Notes under the pieces: generated by a model
Databases searched by the model: none
What the model was told of the DNA's origin: nothing
The model's input: the letters and a program-made list of their open reading frames with translations, nothing else
Position numbers and translations under genes: made by a program
Origin: an uncultured Desulfatitalea sp.
GTDB lineage: Bacteria > Desulfobacterota > Desulfobacteria > Desulfobacterales > Desulfosarcinaceae
NCBI GenBank assembly: GCA_963668675.2
Contig: CAXXMB010000002.1
Location: 1-64,000 of the forward strand
Direction of reading: 5' to 3'
Length of the DNA stretch: 64,000 nt
Shown: positions 29,622 through 39,943 of the stretch, piece after piece
How the letters are laid out: each line of letters begins with the position of its first letter
How positions within the stretch are numbered: position 1 is the first letter of the stretch

Positions 29622-32009
29622 ATGAAAAAAATATGGAAACGCTTGCCGGTCATTTTCATGGTCTTTTTCTGGCTCACACTGCCTGCGCACGCCCAGATGG
29701 ACGGCGGGGATGGAGCGGTGCCTTCAGCGTTGAAATGGCCTCGCATTATTGAAACGCCCCAGGCAAAGATCGTCATTTATCAGCCGCAATTGGAGGATTT
29801 CAGTGGGAATCGCCTTGCTTCCCGTTTTGCGGCCTCCGTCCAGGCGACAGGTATGAAGGAGCCGGAATTTGGTGCGGTCTGGATAGAAGCCCGGCTTGAA
29901 ACGCAACGTGACCAACGCACCGTCCATCTGGTTGCCATCGAGAATGTGCGATCCCGTTTTCCCAATGCCACCCCGAAGCAAGAAAAATGGTTTAACGATG
30001 TGCTCAAACGGGAAATTCCCAAATGGGATATAGTCCTCTCCATCGATCAACTTATCGCCGGGTTGGAGGTGGAACAGGAGCGATTGAAAACGGAACAGGC
30101 ACTGAACAACGACCCGCCCAAAATCCTATACGTGAACAAGCCTGCGGTGCTTGTTTTGGTGGATGGCAATCCGATATTGAAGCCCGTCGAGAATACAGCG
30201 TTGATGGCCGTGATCAATACCCCCTTTCCCATGGTCTTCAGCAAAACAGACAAAACCTTCTATCTTATCGGCAAGGAGACGTGGTACCGGTCCAAAAATG
30301 TGTCCGGTGAATGGCAGGAGACGTCCAATCCACCGTCAGATGTTGCCGCTTTGGAAAGGGAGGCTTCCGACGATGAGGAGGCGGAATCTTCCGTCGCAGC
30401 GGGCATGATCGTGTTAGGTGCCACGGAGCCTACGGAACTCCTTTCCATCGACGGAGACCCCCAATTCGTTCCATTTGCAGGAAATAACTTGCTGTATGTG
30501 GACAACACGGACAACAGCCTGCTGTACGAAGTCGATACAGGGAATTACTACCTGCTTCTTTCCGGGCGCTGGTACAGGACCAAAAAACTGGATGGCGCCT
30601 GGTCATATGCACCACCGGATCAACTACCGAAAGCATTTGCCGACATCCCCGCCGATTCGGAAAAAGGGGATCTGCGCGCCAGCGTTCCCGGAACCGATGA
30701 AGCCCTGGATGCCGTACTGGATGCCCAGATTCCGGAAACGGCCACCGTCAAGCGCTCGGAAGCGAAACTTACCGTGGAATATGACGGGAAGCCGGAGTTC
30801 AAAGCCATCAAGGGTACCGAGATCGATTACGCTGTCAATACGGCAACCCCCGTTATCCGGATTAAAGGAAAGTACTACGCTGTAGACAACGGCATCTGGT
30901 TTGTGGCCGCCGCCGATAGTGGCCCCTGGGTTGTAGCCGATTCCGTCCCGGCCGAGGTTCAGGACATTCCGCCATCTTCGCCGGTGAACAATATCAAGTA
31001 CGTTTACGTCTACGATTCGACACCGGAATTCGTTTATGTGGGGTATACGCCTGGATATATCGGCTGTTACATCCATCATGGTATCGTCGTTTACGGTACC
31101 GGATATTACTATCACCCCTGGTATCGCCACTACTACTATCCGAGACCCTTCACCTATGGATTCAGCGTTCATTACAGCAGTTTTTATGGCTGGAGTTTCG
31201 GATACTCATTTTTCCACGGTCCCTTCAGTTTCTATTTCGGGCCTGCCTGGGGACCTCCCCGCTACGGCGGTTGGTGGGGACCACCACGGTATCGGCCGCC
31301 GTACTACCGGCCGCCCCACTATCGTCCCAAGCCTCCCCGTCCGCCAGGGCATCGTCCGCCGGGGCATCGTCCGCCGGTGGTAAAACCACCCGTAGCCACG
31401 CCGCCGGGAGGGGGTAAGCCAACGCAACGGCCGGTCGGGCAGAGACCGAAAAATCGCCCGACCAGCGGCAATCTGTACGGCAAACGGCCCGATCAGCCGA
31501 TGGGGGACAGGGCCCGCCCGACCGTAGCGGACCGCATGAACAAACAACAGGCCGGCAAACCGACCTCGTCACCGAACAATCTGTTTACGGATCGGCAGGG
31601 CAATGTGTATCGTAAAGGCCAGAACGGCTGGGAACAGCGGCAGAACGGTCAATGGCAACGGCCGACGGGAAGCCAGCCGTCAAGCCCGTCACAGAAACCG
31701 GCGCAACGCCCATCCGGGCCGGTCCAGAAGCCTGCGCAGCGGTCCTCCGATTCGGTTCAGCCACCGAGCCGCCCCTCTGCAGGAGATGCTCAGAAACCAA
31801 GCGGGAGACCGTCTCAAAATATCCAACAGCGACCGACAACACCACAACGACAAGAATCCCAGGACAGCAATCGCCGATCCCTGGACGACCAGCAGCGAAG
31901 CAGAAATCACGGGAATCAGCGTACTGGCAACTATCATCAAACGCGGCAGAGCGGTTCGGATAGCAGAAACGTTCAGCGCCAGGTCGGTCAACATAGAGGT
32001 GGACGATAA
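29622..32009 (+). CDS. Large secreted protein with Tyr/Trp-rich segment and Pro/Arg/Gln-rich disordered tail
   Basis: Signal peptide (AHA/Q), YQPQ, SGRWY, YTPGY.G.Y, VYGTGYYY and low-complexity C-terminus. Confidence 0.8.
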   Translation: MKKIWKRLPVIFMVFFWLTLPAHAQMDGGDGAVPSALKWPRIIETPQAKIVIYQPQLEDFSGNRLASRFAASVQATGMKEPEFGAVWIEARLETQRDQRTVHLVAIENVRSRFPNATPKQEKWFNDVLKREIPKWDIVLSIDQLIAGLEVEQERLKTEQALNNDPPKILYVNKPAVLVLVDGNPILKPVENTALMAVINTPFPMVFSKTDKTFYLIGKETWYRSKNVSGEWQETSNPPSDVAALEREASDDEEAESSVAAGMIVLGATEPTELLSIDGDPQFVPFAGNNLLYVDNTDNSLLYEVDTGNYYLLLSGRWYRTKKLDGAWSYAPPDQLPKAFADIPADSEKGDLRASVPGTDEALDAVLDAQIPETATVKRSEAKLTVEYDGKPEFKAIKGTEIDYAVNTATPVIRIKGKYYAVDNGIWFVAAADSGPWVVADSVPAEVQDIPPSSPVNNIKYVYVYDSTPEFVYVGYTPGYIGCYIHHGIVVYGTGYYYHPWYRHYYYPRPFTYGFSVHYSSFYGWSFGYSFFHGPFSFYFGPAWGPPRYGGWWGPPRYRPPYYRPPHYRPKPPRPPGHRPPGHRPPVVKPPVATPPGGGKPTQRPVGQRPKNRPTSGNLYGKRPDQPMGDRARPTVADRMNKQQAGKPTSSPNNLFTDRQGNVYRKGQNGWEQRQNGQWQRPTGSQPSSPSQKPAQRPSGPVQKPAQRSSDSVQPPSRPSAGDAQKPSGRPSQNIQQRPTTPQRQESQDSNRRSLDDQQRSRNHGNQRTGNYHQTRQSGSDSRNVQRQVGQHRGGR

Positions 32010-32453
32010 CCAATAGGCTTTAAGGGCGTCCTTTACCTATTTACTCTATTTTCCGATACGGTGCCTGCTTGCCGTCTGGAACAGTTGCCTGGCAGCACGT
32101 GAACGCATGTGCGTGAGGGGCGGACCACCCGCTGGACTCTCCGGCAGTTAGGCTAAGAATAAATTCCTGCCACTGCATCTCTATCGCATTGCCATACAAT
32201 TCGCTTTACACATTCCATGTGTGGGCGCCGGGCAGGGGCGTCTCCATACCCGCCGATGTGTAATTACTGGTAAGCTTTAGTCGCTTTTAGCGTATTCAAT
32301 GCACAACATCGCCAAATCAATTGACAACCAGTATCGACCTCCATAAAATCTACTCCTTTTTCAAACTCACCGTAACCAACGTTGAGAGGAAGTTTTTCCG
32401 TCACCACAATCCATAGAACCGACCAATGCCAATCAAAACAGGAGGTGGGGCCC

Positions 32454-33431
32454 ATGAAACCGAAATTCGTTTCCTTCAAAATTTTGGCAATTACTGCTCT
32501 CTTAGTCACGCTGCTTGCATTTTTGGCAAGCGCATCTGAAAAGGTGATCATCTTCCACGCCGGCAGCCTGACGGTGCCCTTTGCGGAGATTGAAAAGCGT
32601 TTTGAAGCAACGCATCCACAGATTGACATACTTCGCGAAGCGGGCGGCTCCACCAAAATGGCGCGTATGATCTCCGAATTGAACAAACCGGCCGATATCA
32701 TGGCCTCGGCCGACTTTAAAGTCATTGACAAAACATTGATTCCTGCCAAGGCCGCATGGAACATTCGTTTTGCCACCAACCAGCTGGTGCTGTGCTACAC
32801 CGACAAGAGTCGCTTTGCCGATCAGATCAGCAACGAGAACTGGTATGAAATACTAGGACGCAACGGGGTGATCTGGGGTCACTCCGATCCCAATCTAGAC
32901 CCTTGCGGCTATCGCAGCCTCATGGTGCTGCAGCTCGCTGAAAAGTACTACAACAAACCCGGCCTGTATGATCAACTGATAGCCAACCGTCCGCAAAAAA
33001 ATGTCCGCCCCAAGTCCGTCGAACTGGTCTCCCTGCTCAAAACCGGCAACATGGATTACGCCTGGGAGTATCTGTCGGTGGCGGTCCAGCATGATCTCAA
33101 ATATGTCAAACTGGACGACCATATCAACCTGGGCAACTACAAATATGACGAATTCTATGCCCAGGCCGAGGTCAAGGTCACCGGTAAAAAACCGGGCACC
33201 TGGATCACCCGCCAAGGCAAATCGTGCACCTACGGCATTACGTTGGTGAAAGAGGCACCCAATGCTGCCGGGGCGGTTCAATTCCTTGAATTCCTGCTGT
33301 CCCCGGACGGTGGATTGAAGGTGCTGTCCGATATGGGCCAGCCGCCTTTTATCCCTGCACGGGTGTCCACCGAAGCAGTCAAAGAGAGCCTTCCCGGTGG
33401 CTTGTCCAAGTTGGTGGAAGTCAAAAAGTAG
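32454..33431 (+). CDS. wtpA: Tungstate/molybdate ABC transporter substrate-binding protein
   Basis: [29 protein letters not shown] and EYLSVAVQH are WtpA-type motifs. Confidence 0.9.
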   Translation: MKPKFVSFKILAITALLVTLLAFLASASEKVIIFHAGSLTVPFAEIEKRFEATHPQIDILREAGGSTKMARMISELNKPADIMASADFKVIDKTLIPAKAAWNIRFATNQLVLCYTDKSRFADQISNENWYEILGRNGVIWGHSDPNLDPCGYRSLMVLQLAEKYYNKPGLYDQLIANRPQKNVRPKSVELVSLLKTGNMDYAWEYLSVAVQHDLKYVKLDDHINLGNYKYDEFYAQAEVKVTGKKPGTWITRQGKSCTYGITLVKEAPNAAGAVQFLEFLLSPDGGLKVLSDMGQPPFIPARVSTEAVKESLPGGLSKLVEVKK

Positions 33432-33518
33432 CAGGGCCATAAGAGAAGAGATACCGGACGATACCGGCGGAAGGCAGGAGCGCTGGAATCGGTTTCAGGC
33501 GTACCGTGGAGGCTCGAT

Positions 33519-34331
33519 TTGTCCCCAAGCAATCCAAAAGCAGTCCTCGTCAGCAATGGTCTCTTTGCGGGCCTGGCTGTATTGAGTGCTACCGTGATTG
33601 CGGCCTTTATTCTGTTTCCCCTCCTTGAGATGGTGACTCAGCCTTCGTTCAAGTCTTTAGGCGAAGCCGCCGCCGACCGTCAGGTGGTGCGCGCCATCGG
33701 TTTAAGCATCTACACCTCGGGCATGGCTGCCCTGATATCTCTGATCATCGGTACCCCCTTTGCTTATCTTCTGGCCCGCCGAACCTTTTTCGGCAAGAAA
33801 TTGCTGGAGAGCATCATCGATCTACCCATAATGATTCCCCACCCGGTGGTAGGCATTGCCATTTTAGGTATCGCAGGCCGAAACCACTGGCTTGGCAACG
33901 CCATGCAACAGCTCGGCATCCACATCATGGGGACGGTCACCGGATTGGTGACCGTGCTTACATTTGTGGGAATGCCTTTTTACATCAATGCGGCCAAAGC
34001 CGGCTTTGAAGCCATCCCGAAACGACTGGAAAAGGTGTCGCGCAGCTTGGGCGCTTCCCAGGTTGGAACCTTCATGCGGGTCACACTTCCCCTGGGATGG
34101 CGCAGCATGGTAGTGGGTATGATCATGTGCACGGCGCGGGCTGTAAGCGAATTCGGTGCAGTGGTCATCATTGCCTACCACCCCATGGTCGCACCAGTGA
34201 TGATTTACGAACGCTTCACGGCCTACGGCCTGAAATACTCACAACCCGTGGCAGTATGGCTCATCGTGGTGTGTCTTATTCTCTTTTTGCTGCTCAGGTT
34301 TTTTTCAATGCCGAAAAAGAGAATCAGATGA
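33519..34331 (+). CDS. wtpB: Tungstate ABC transporter permease
   Basis: IDLPIMIPHPVVGIA, SRSLGAS and ARAVSEFG. TTG start uncertain. Confidence 0.88.
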   Translation: MSPSNPKAVLVSNGLFAGLAVLSATVIAAFILFPLLEMVTQPSFKSLGEAAADRQVVRAIGLSIYTSGMAALISLIIGTPFAYLLARRTFFGKKLLESIIDLPIMIPHPVVGIAILGIAGRNHWLGNAMQQLGIHIMGTVTGLVTVLTFVGMPFYINAAKAGFEAIPKRLEKVSRSLGASQVGTFMRVTLPLGWRSMVVGMIMCTARAVSEFGAVVIIAYHPMVAPVMIYERFTAYGLKYSQPVAVWLIVVCLILFLLLRFFSMPKKRIR

Positions 34332-35362
34332 TTGAGATTGAACAGCTCACTGTCCAGGTTTCCGGCTTTGCCTTGGCGGATATCAATCTGTCTGTTCAGG
34401 AGGGTGAATTTTTCGCTCTTATCGGGCCCACCGGGGCCGGTAAGACACTGATCCTTGAATCCATTGCAGGCCTGGTGCGTTCCACCAGCGGACGAATCTG
34501 TATCGACGGAAACGATATCACCCATCTACCGCCGGAAGCACGCGGGGTAGGCATCGTTTATCAGGACCATGCCCTTTTCCCCCACCTGTCGGTTAAAGAC
34601 AACATCCGCTACGGGCTGAGGTATCATCCCAAAACCAACGGAACTTGCCACCCGACACTGGATCGGTGGATCGAGCATCTGGGACTTTCCCACTTGCTGG
34701 ACCGCGCAACCGAAAACCTGAGCGGCGGGGAAAAGCAACGGGTCGCCCTTGCCCGGGCACTGGCCATCCAACCGACGGTGCTGCTGCTTGATGAACCGCT
34801 ATCGGCCTTGGACCCCAATTTCCGCGAGGAGATCCGCCAACTTCTCCATGAACTGCACCGGGAAACGAAGATAACCATTTTGATGGTGACGCATGACTTT
34901 TCTGAAGCCCACTTCCTTGCGCAACGTATCGCTGTTATTCACCGCGGCCAAATAGAACAGACGGGAACGCTCAAAGCTGTTTTTACTGCGCCGTCCACAC
35001 CGTTTGTGGCCCAATTTGTCGGCATGAAAAATATTTTCCCGGTCACCTTAAACGGCAGTACAGCATATACCGGCGATCTCTCTTTCGACATCGAAAAACC
35101 GGATGGCAATAAAACCCACATGGCAATTCGACCGGAGCACATCCAGCTGTTTGTCACTCAGCCCGAAACAACCATGGAAAATCTGTTTGAGGGGGATATC
35201 GCCAAGGTAAATAACCAGGGCATCATTTCCGAAATTGAAGTCGCTGTATCCACCACTCACTTTCAGCTGATCTTAACCACCAGCCAACTCCACCAACTGG
35301 AACTATCTCTCGGACAGAGGGTTTACATCAGCGCACCATCCGAACGAATTCATTTTATGTAG
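34328..35362 (+). CDS. wtpC: Tungstate ABC transporter ATPase with TOBE domain
   Basis: GPTGAGKT, LSGGEKQR, LLLDEP, VTHD and IRPE. Confidence 0.88.
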   Translation: MIEIEQLTVQVSGFALADINLSVQEGEFFALIGPTGAGKTLILESIAGLVRSTSGRICIDGNDITHLPPEARGVGIVYQDHALFPHLSVKDNIRYGLRYHPKTNGTCHPTLDRWIEHLGLSHLLDRATENLSGGEKQRVALARALAIQPTVLLLDEPLSALDPNFREEIRQLLHELHRETKITILMVTHDFSEAHFLAQRIAVIHRGQIEQTGTLKAVFTAPSTPFVAQFVGMKNIFPVTLNGSTAYTGDLSFDIEKPDGNKTHMAIRPEHIQLFVTQPETTMENLFEGDIAKVNNQGIISEIEVAVSTTHFQLILTTSQLHQLELSLGQRVYISAPSERIHFM

Positions 35363-35545
35363 GCTGATAATAAACGGTCTATATCATCTGAACCAAATAA
35401 CTTCGAATCAGGGCATGACTCAACTTTCGGGTTTCACGAAAGTTTAAGTAAAAGCTTAGGGCATTCCCACGCCCCCTGTTTTATCCGGGTCAATATTTGA
35501 AACTGCTAAGCAAGGCAGAGCATCTCCCAAAATTGATCTCCATCT

Positions 35546-36010
35546 TCAGGGGAGGCCGGCTCGCGTTGCTGCGACTTGAGTCATTTCAATCCTTCCCGCC
35601 AGTTCATTGCTTTCCAAATCTGATATGCATATGAAGAGGGTTTTTCCATCCTCCCCACCCGGCATGCAAGCATAGGGAAAACATTCAACCTTATTGCGAT
35701 CGACAATTTCTCCGCTCTCGAAAACGCGGAAGACTTCGGCGCCACTGCCGGACGAGTCAACCCACACAGCGCCTTCGCTGTCAAGGCAGATGCTATCGGG
35801 TAGGATTCGCGTCCTTAACTTGCTTCGATCTGTACCAATGCCAAGACCAGATGGTTGGCCGGCCACATCAACGATAACCTATAGGGTTCCCTGAAGATCA
35901 AGGGTCATCAATTTTCTGGTACGAAAATCCGAAAACCACAATTTGTTTTCATGCCACCTCGGTCCTTCCGGAAATCCGACCCTGTCAGCCAGTATGGTTG
36001 TCTTATTCAT
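35546..36010 (-). pseudogene. SMP-30/gluconolactonase pseudogene
   Basis: MNKTTILADRVGFPEGPRWHENKLWFSD..., in-frame TAG at 35881-35879, then QPSGLG joined after about 12 residues to PDSICLDSEGAVW, which implies a large internal deletion. Confidence 0.8.
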
Positions 36011-36150
36011 AACCTTGACTGGATGGACGCTTATTATGAACCCGGCAATGATACACTTAAAATGGTCATTCCGGCGAAAGCGGAATCAAGGCCCGGATCC
36101 CGGATATAGTCCGGTAGAAATCAGGTTAGCCTATTTTATTAGCGGTTTAA

Positions 36151-36298
36151 TATTAAACCGGCAATTAAATAGGCCAACCCTTGTCATCCCGGACTTGATC
36201 CGGGATCCAGGAACGGTCTGGATAGCGCCAAGGCTTCACTGCGTGCCCGGCCTGCGCCGGAATGACGATTGCTAAGGTAATTAATTGCCGGGTTAATA
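36151..36298. repeat. REP-containing miniature inverted-repeat element, copy A (degenerate neighbour at about 36034-36152)
   Basis: 18-bp terminal IR TATTAAACCGGCAATTAA with one mismatch; internal GTCATCCCGGACTTGATCCGGGATCCA...CCGGAATGAC. Confidence 0.85.
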
Positions 36299-36485
36299 AT
36301 AAGTCAGGGGCCCATAGTCTCCATCGATAGAGGTATCGACTTTTACGGTTCAAAATGAAGCCTACCGAAAACGCAAATTCCTACTTTTGAACCCTTCAGG
36401 GCCGCCCAATGCGAACCGATCCCGAGTAATATATTTTTTTTCATTACTTATCAGTCAGATGCAAAACATAGAAGCAAGAATAATT

Positions 36486-36501
36486 TGGCACGGTAATTGT
36501 A
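36486..36501 (+). promoter_or_regulatory. Sigma54-like -24/-12 promoter upstream of aprB
   Basis: TGGCAC-GGTAA-TTGTA versus consensus TGGCAC-N5-TTGCW; one mismatch, at the -12 C. Confidence 0.55.
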
Positions 36502-36573
36502 GAAAGATCTGCTATCGAACCTATCACAAAAGGGGATGCGTACCGGCATCTTTAACAGTAAAGGAGGAAAGAA

Positions 36574-37017
36574 ATGCCAAGTTTTGTCATTGATGAAAAA
36601 TGTGACGGCTGTAAGGGGGGGGACAAAACTGCATGCATGTATATCTGCCCCAACGATCTGATGGTGCTGGACACCGATCGAATGAAAGCATTTAACGCCG
36701 AACCGGATATGTGTTGGGAGTGCTATAACTGCGTCAAAATTTGCCCCACCCAAGCCATCGAAGTGCGCGGCTATGCCGATTTCACTCCTCTGGGCGCCAG
36801 TGTGGTTCCCATGCGCGGGTCCGAGGACATCATGTGGACCGTCAAATTCAGAGGCGGTACGATCAAGCGATTCAAGTTCCCCATTCGGACGACGCCGGAA
36901 GGCGAAGCCAAACCTGACGGTGGTTTCGGCGTAGGCCCTGGAACGCTCGACGACCAACTGCTGTTCACCGAACCGGCGTCCTTGAAAGCCGATAAACTTT
37001 GGACACTTGGAGACTAA
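36574..37017 (+). CDS. aprB: Adenylylsulfate reductase beta subunit
   Basis: MPSFV..KCDGCKG.DKTACMYICPNDLM, CWECYNCVKICP, VRGYADF and KRFKFPIRTT. Confidence 0.97.
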   Translation: MPSFVIDEKCDGCKGGDKTACMYICPNDLMVLDTDRMKAFNAEPDMCWECYNCVKICPTQAIEVRGYADFTPLGASVVPMRGSEDIMWTVKFRGGTIKRFKFPIRTTPEGEAKPDGGFGVGPGTLDDQLLFTEPASLKADKLWTLGD

Positions 37018-37033
37018 AAAGGGGGGATGAAAC

Positions 37034-38986
37034 ATGCAGGAATTCAAAACTATAGAAGTAAACACCGATCTATTGATCATCGGTCCGGGCATGGCAGGCG
37101 CCGGGGCCTGCGTGGAAGCAGCCCACTGGGCAAAACAAAATAATCTGAAAATCACCGTTGTAGACAAGGCCGCCATGGAACGCAGCGGGGCGGTGGGTAT
37201 GGGGCTTTCGGCCATCAACCAGTATCAGGGCGAAAATACGCCAGTGGATTATTTGAGCTATGTTCGCCAGGATTTGATGGGACTGTGCCGAGATGATCTG
37301 GTGATGGACATCTCCCGGCATGTAAATGGCTCGGTGCATATGTTCGAAGGCTATGGGCTGCCCATCTGGAAAGATCCTGAAGGCAACTACGTTCACGAAG
37401 GCCGCTGGCAGTTGATGATCAACGGGGAATCCTACAAGGCCATCGTGGCCGAGGCAGGCAAAAACGCTATTGGAATTGACAACCTCATCGAGCGCGTTTT
37501 TATCGTGCGTCTGCTGTTGGACAAAAACGATAAAAGCAAGGTGGCCGGCGCAATCGGGTTTAGCGTGCGCGAGCCGGAAATCTACATCTTTAAATTCAAG
37601 GCCTGTCTGATATGCGCCGGCGGTGCGGTGCACGTCTTTAGACCCCGCTCAACCGGTGAGGGCCTGGGCCGTGCATGGTATCCACCCTGGAATGCGGGAT
37701 CGAGCTCCTATCTGACCACCACGGCCGGCGCGGAGATGACCTCACAGGAAGTGGTGTTTATTCCAGGTCGCTTCAAGGACGGTTATGGTCCCGTGGGCGC
37801 CTGGTTTCTCCTGTTCAAGGCGGCGGCGACCTCGGCCAACGGTTTCAACTATATGGCCGAAGGATTGGCCGATGGCGGCGAGTTGCACAACTGGCCGCCG
37901 TACGGCGAGGTCAAACCGATCCCCACTTGCCTGCGGAACCATTTGATGATGATCGAAATGTACCGAAAGGGCGACGGCCCCATCTTTATCCATACGGACA
38001 AGGCCATTGCCAAGCTGGCGGAAAACGCTCCGGACGAAAAGGCGTACAAGAAGGAGTTGAAGAAGCTCGAAGCCGAAGCGTGGGAGGACTTTTTGGACAT
38101 GACCATCAGCCAGGCCGTCCTCTGGGCCGCCAAAGATGTCTTCCCCGAAGAGGGACCGTCGGAAATCATGCCGTCCGAACCCTACTTCATCGGCTCGCAT
38201 TCCGGCGCTTCAGGTGCCTGGTGCAGCGGGCCCGAAGATTTGCAAACCGACGAATCCAAAAACGAGTACTTCTGGGGGTATAACCGAATGACCACGGTCA
38301 AGGGGTTGTTCGCGGCCGGTGACGGGGTGGGGGTTTCAAGTCACAAGTTCTCATCGGGATCCTTTACCGAGGGACGCATTGCGGCCAAAGCCGCCGTCAA
38401 ATATTGCGTTGAAAACCCGGACATGCCCGAATTCGATCCTGCTGATGTGGCAGCGCTCAAAGAACAGATTCTGCTGCCGCTCAAGCATTATGAAGAAAAC
38501 AAAGATTATACCACTCTCGGCACAACCACGAAGAAATATGACCTTCCGGTGGAAGAGGTCAACCCCATGTATATTACACCCAAGATGGCCCTGTTTCGTC
38601 TGAACAAAATCATGGATGAATACGTGGCCGGGTGGGGATCCAACTACAATTGCAACGCAACGACGCTGAACATCGCACTGGATCTGCTCAAGCTGCTCAA
38701 GCAGGATCTCTCCAAGCTGGCGGCGCGCAATCTGCACGAGCTGATGCGCTGCTGGGAAAATATTCACCGCACCCAGATTGCCGAAGCCCATACGCGCCAT
38801 AAGCTCCATCGACAAGAAACACGATGGCCGGGATACTACTACCGATCGGATTTTCCGAAATTAAACGAAGACCAATGGGGCACGGTGTTTGTCAACTCCG
38901 TATACAATGCCGGAAACGACGAGTTCACCATGCTCACGCGGCCTCTGATCCACCTTGTGGATATAAAAGAAGTGGTCGGCATGTAA
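37034..38986 (+). CDS. aprA: Adenylylsulfate reductase alpha subunit
   Basis: RSGAV.MGLSAIN, WQLMINGESYK, RFKDGYGPVGAWF, EAWEDFLDMT, HKFSSGS and ETRWPGYYYR. Confidence 0.97.
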   Translation: MQEFKTIEVNTDLLIIGPGMAGAGACVEAAHWAKQNNLKITVVDKAAMERSGAVGMGLSAINQYQGENTPVDYLSYVRQDLMGLCRDDLVMDISRHVNGSVHMFEGYGLPIWKDPEGNYVHEGRWQLMINGESYKAIVAEAGKNAIGIDNLIERVFIVRLLLDKNDKSKVAGAIGFSVREPEIYIFKFKACLICAGGAVHVFRPRSTGEGLGRAWYPPWNAGSSSYLTTTAGAEMTSQEVVFIPGRFKDGYGPVGAWFLLFKAAATSANGFNYMAEGLADGGELHNWPPYGEVKPIPTCLRNHLMMIEMYRKGDGPIFIHTDKAIAKLAENAPDEKAYKKELKKLEAEAWEDFLDMTISQAVLWAAKDVFPEEGPSEIMPSEPYFIGSHSGASGAWCSGPEDLQTDESKNEYFWGYNRMTTVKGLFAAGDGVGVSSHKFSSGSFTEGRIAAKAAVKYCVENPDMPEFDPADVAALKEQILLPLKHYEENKDYTTLGTTTKKYDLPVEEVNPMYITPKMALFRLNKIMDEYVAGWGSNYNCNATTLNIALDLLKLLKQDLSKLAARNLHELMRCWENIHRTQIAEAHTRHKLHRQETRWPGYYYRSDFPKLNEDQWGTVFVNSVYNAGNDEFTMLTRPLIHLVDIKEVVGM

Positions 38987-39079
38987 ACATCCCCCTCTCC
39001 CCGGTGGGCCCGAGATTGTTCGGGTGGCCGTCCGGGGAGAGGTGGGATGACGCGATGTCAGTGAAAGGAGCGCGGCATC

Positions 39080-39424
39080 ATGGACGCGCAGACGCAGTGG
39101 CAAACAGTGGAGAGGGTGACGGAAATCTATGTGGCGGTTTTCCCCGTTTCGGTCAATGCGGATTTAAAAACGGAAGTCATCCTGGCCGGCTACAAAAAGG
39201 ACCCGGACCTGCCGGCCATGTCCCAGCTGAGGGCGACCGTTGAAACCCAGGCGCAAGCTGTAGAGGATTTGGTGGCGCTTTGCGATGAGATCGTCGAAGA
39301 GCAAAAAGAGATCGACTCATACCGCCTGCTTAAATTTGATCAACAGGGCGTGCATGTCCTGAGTCCCGCTGATTACAGAACCTTTGACAATCAGTACGCC
39401 CATCATCAGTGGGGTATCTGTTGA
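39080..39424 (+). CDS. Hypothetical protein
   Basis: 114 aa with AAGGAG RBS; co-oriented with aprBA. Confidence 0.6.
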   Translation: MDAQTQWQTVERVTEIYVAVFPVSVNADLKTEVILAGYKKDPDLPAMSQLRATVETQAQAVEDLVALCDEIVEEQKEIDSYRLLKFDQQGVHVLSPADYRTFDNQYAHHQWGIC

Positions 39425-39473
39425 TGCAAGAAGAGATCAGTGGAAACCCGCTGATAACGAAAAGGATGGAGCC

Positions 39474-39740
39474 ATGGCCAACGACACTCCCAGGTGCCCC
39501 CACTGCGGGCAGCCAATGAAGAAATGGCTTGTTCCCCTGGCATCGACATGGCCGAACGAATTTTTTTATGTGTGCTTCAACGACACGTGTCCCTATTATG
39601 TGCATGGATGGCAGCATATGTGGCAGCAACAAGCGGTGAAGGCCTCATATCGTTGCCGCCATGACCCGGACACGGGCCGATTCGCCCCCTTGCCGGTTTG
39701 GTCCTCGGATGCATTGAAAGATGCCATTATTGACCAGTAG
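39474..39740 (+). CDS. Small Cys-rich (zinc-finger-like) protein
   Basis: CPHCG..M.KW, YVCFNDTCPYY.GW and PLPVWS; GGAG RBS. Confidence 0.75.
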   Translation: MANDTPRCPHCGQPMKKWLVPLASTWPNEFFYVCFNDTCPYYVHGWQHMWQQQAVKASYRCRHDPDTGRFAPLPVWSSDALKDAIIDQ

Positions 39741-39778
39741 CACCCACAGGCCCCCTTCTCGGCGAAAGCTGCCTTGTC

Positions 39779-39923
39779 ATTAAACCGGCACTTAAATAGA
39801 CCAACTTACGTCATCCCGGAATCGATCCGGGATCCAGTAACGACCTGGATAGCGCCAAGGTTTCTCTGCGTGCACGGCATTCTCCGGAATGACGAGTGCT
39901 GTAGTATATAATTGCCTGGTTAA
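39779..39923. repeat. REP-containing miniature element, copy B, same orientation as copy A
   Basis: Colinear with 36151-36298, including CTGGATAGCGCCAAGG.TTC.CTGCGTGC.CGG. Confidence 0.85.
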
Positions 39924-39943
39924 AATCGCCAGCGGCAATGCGA

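Noticed and set aside
32010..32450. Moco/tungsten riboswitch or ModE box upstream of wtpA
   Set aside because: I could not match the consensus by eye, and part of the region is a degenerate repeat copy. An Rfam scan would settle it.
35879..35881. In-frame TAG as pyrrolysine
   Set aside because: The same gene has a large internal deletion, so ordinary decay is more likely.
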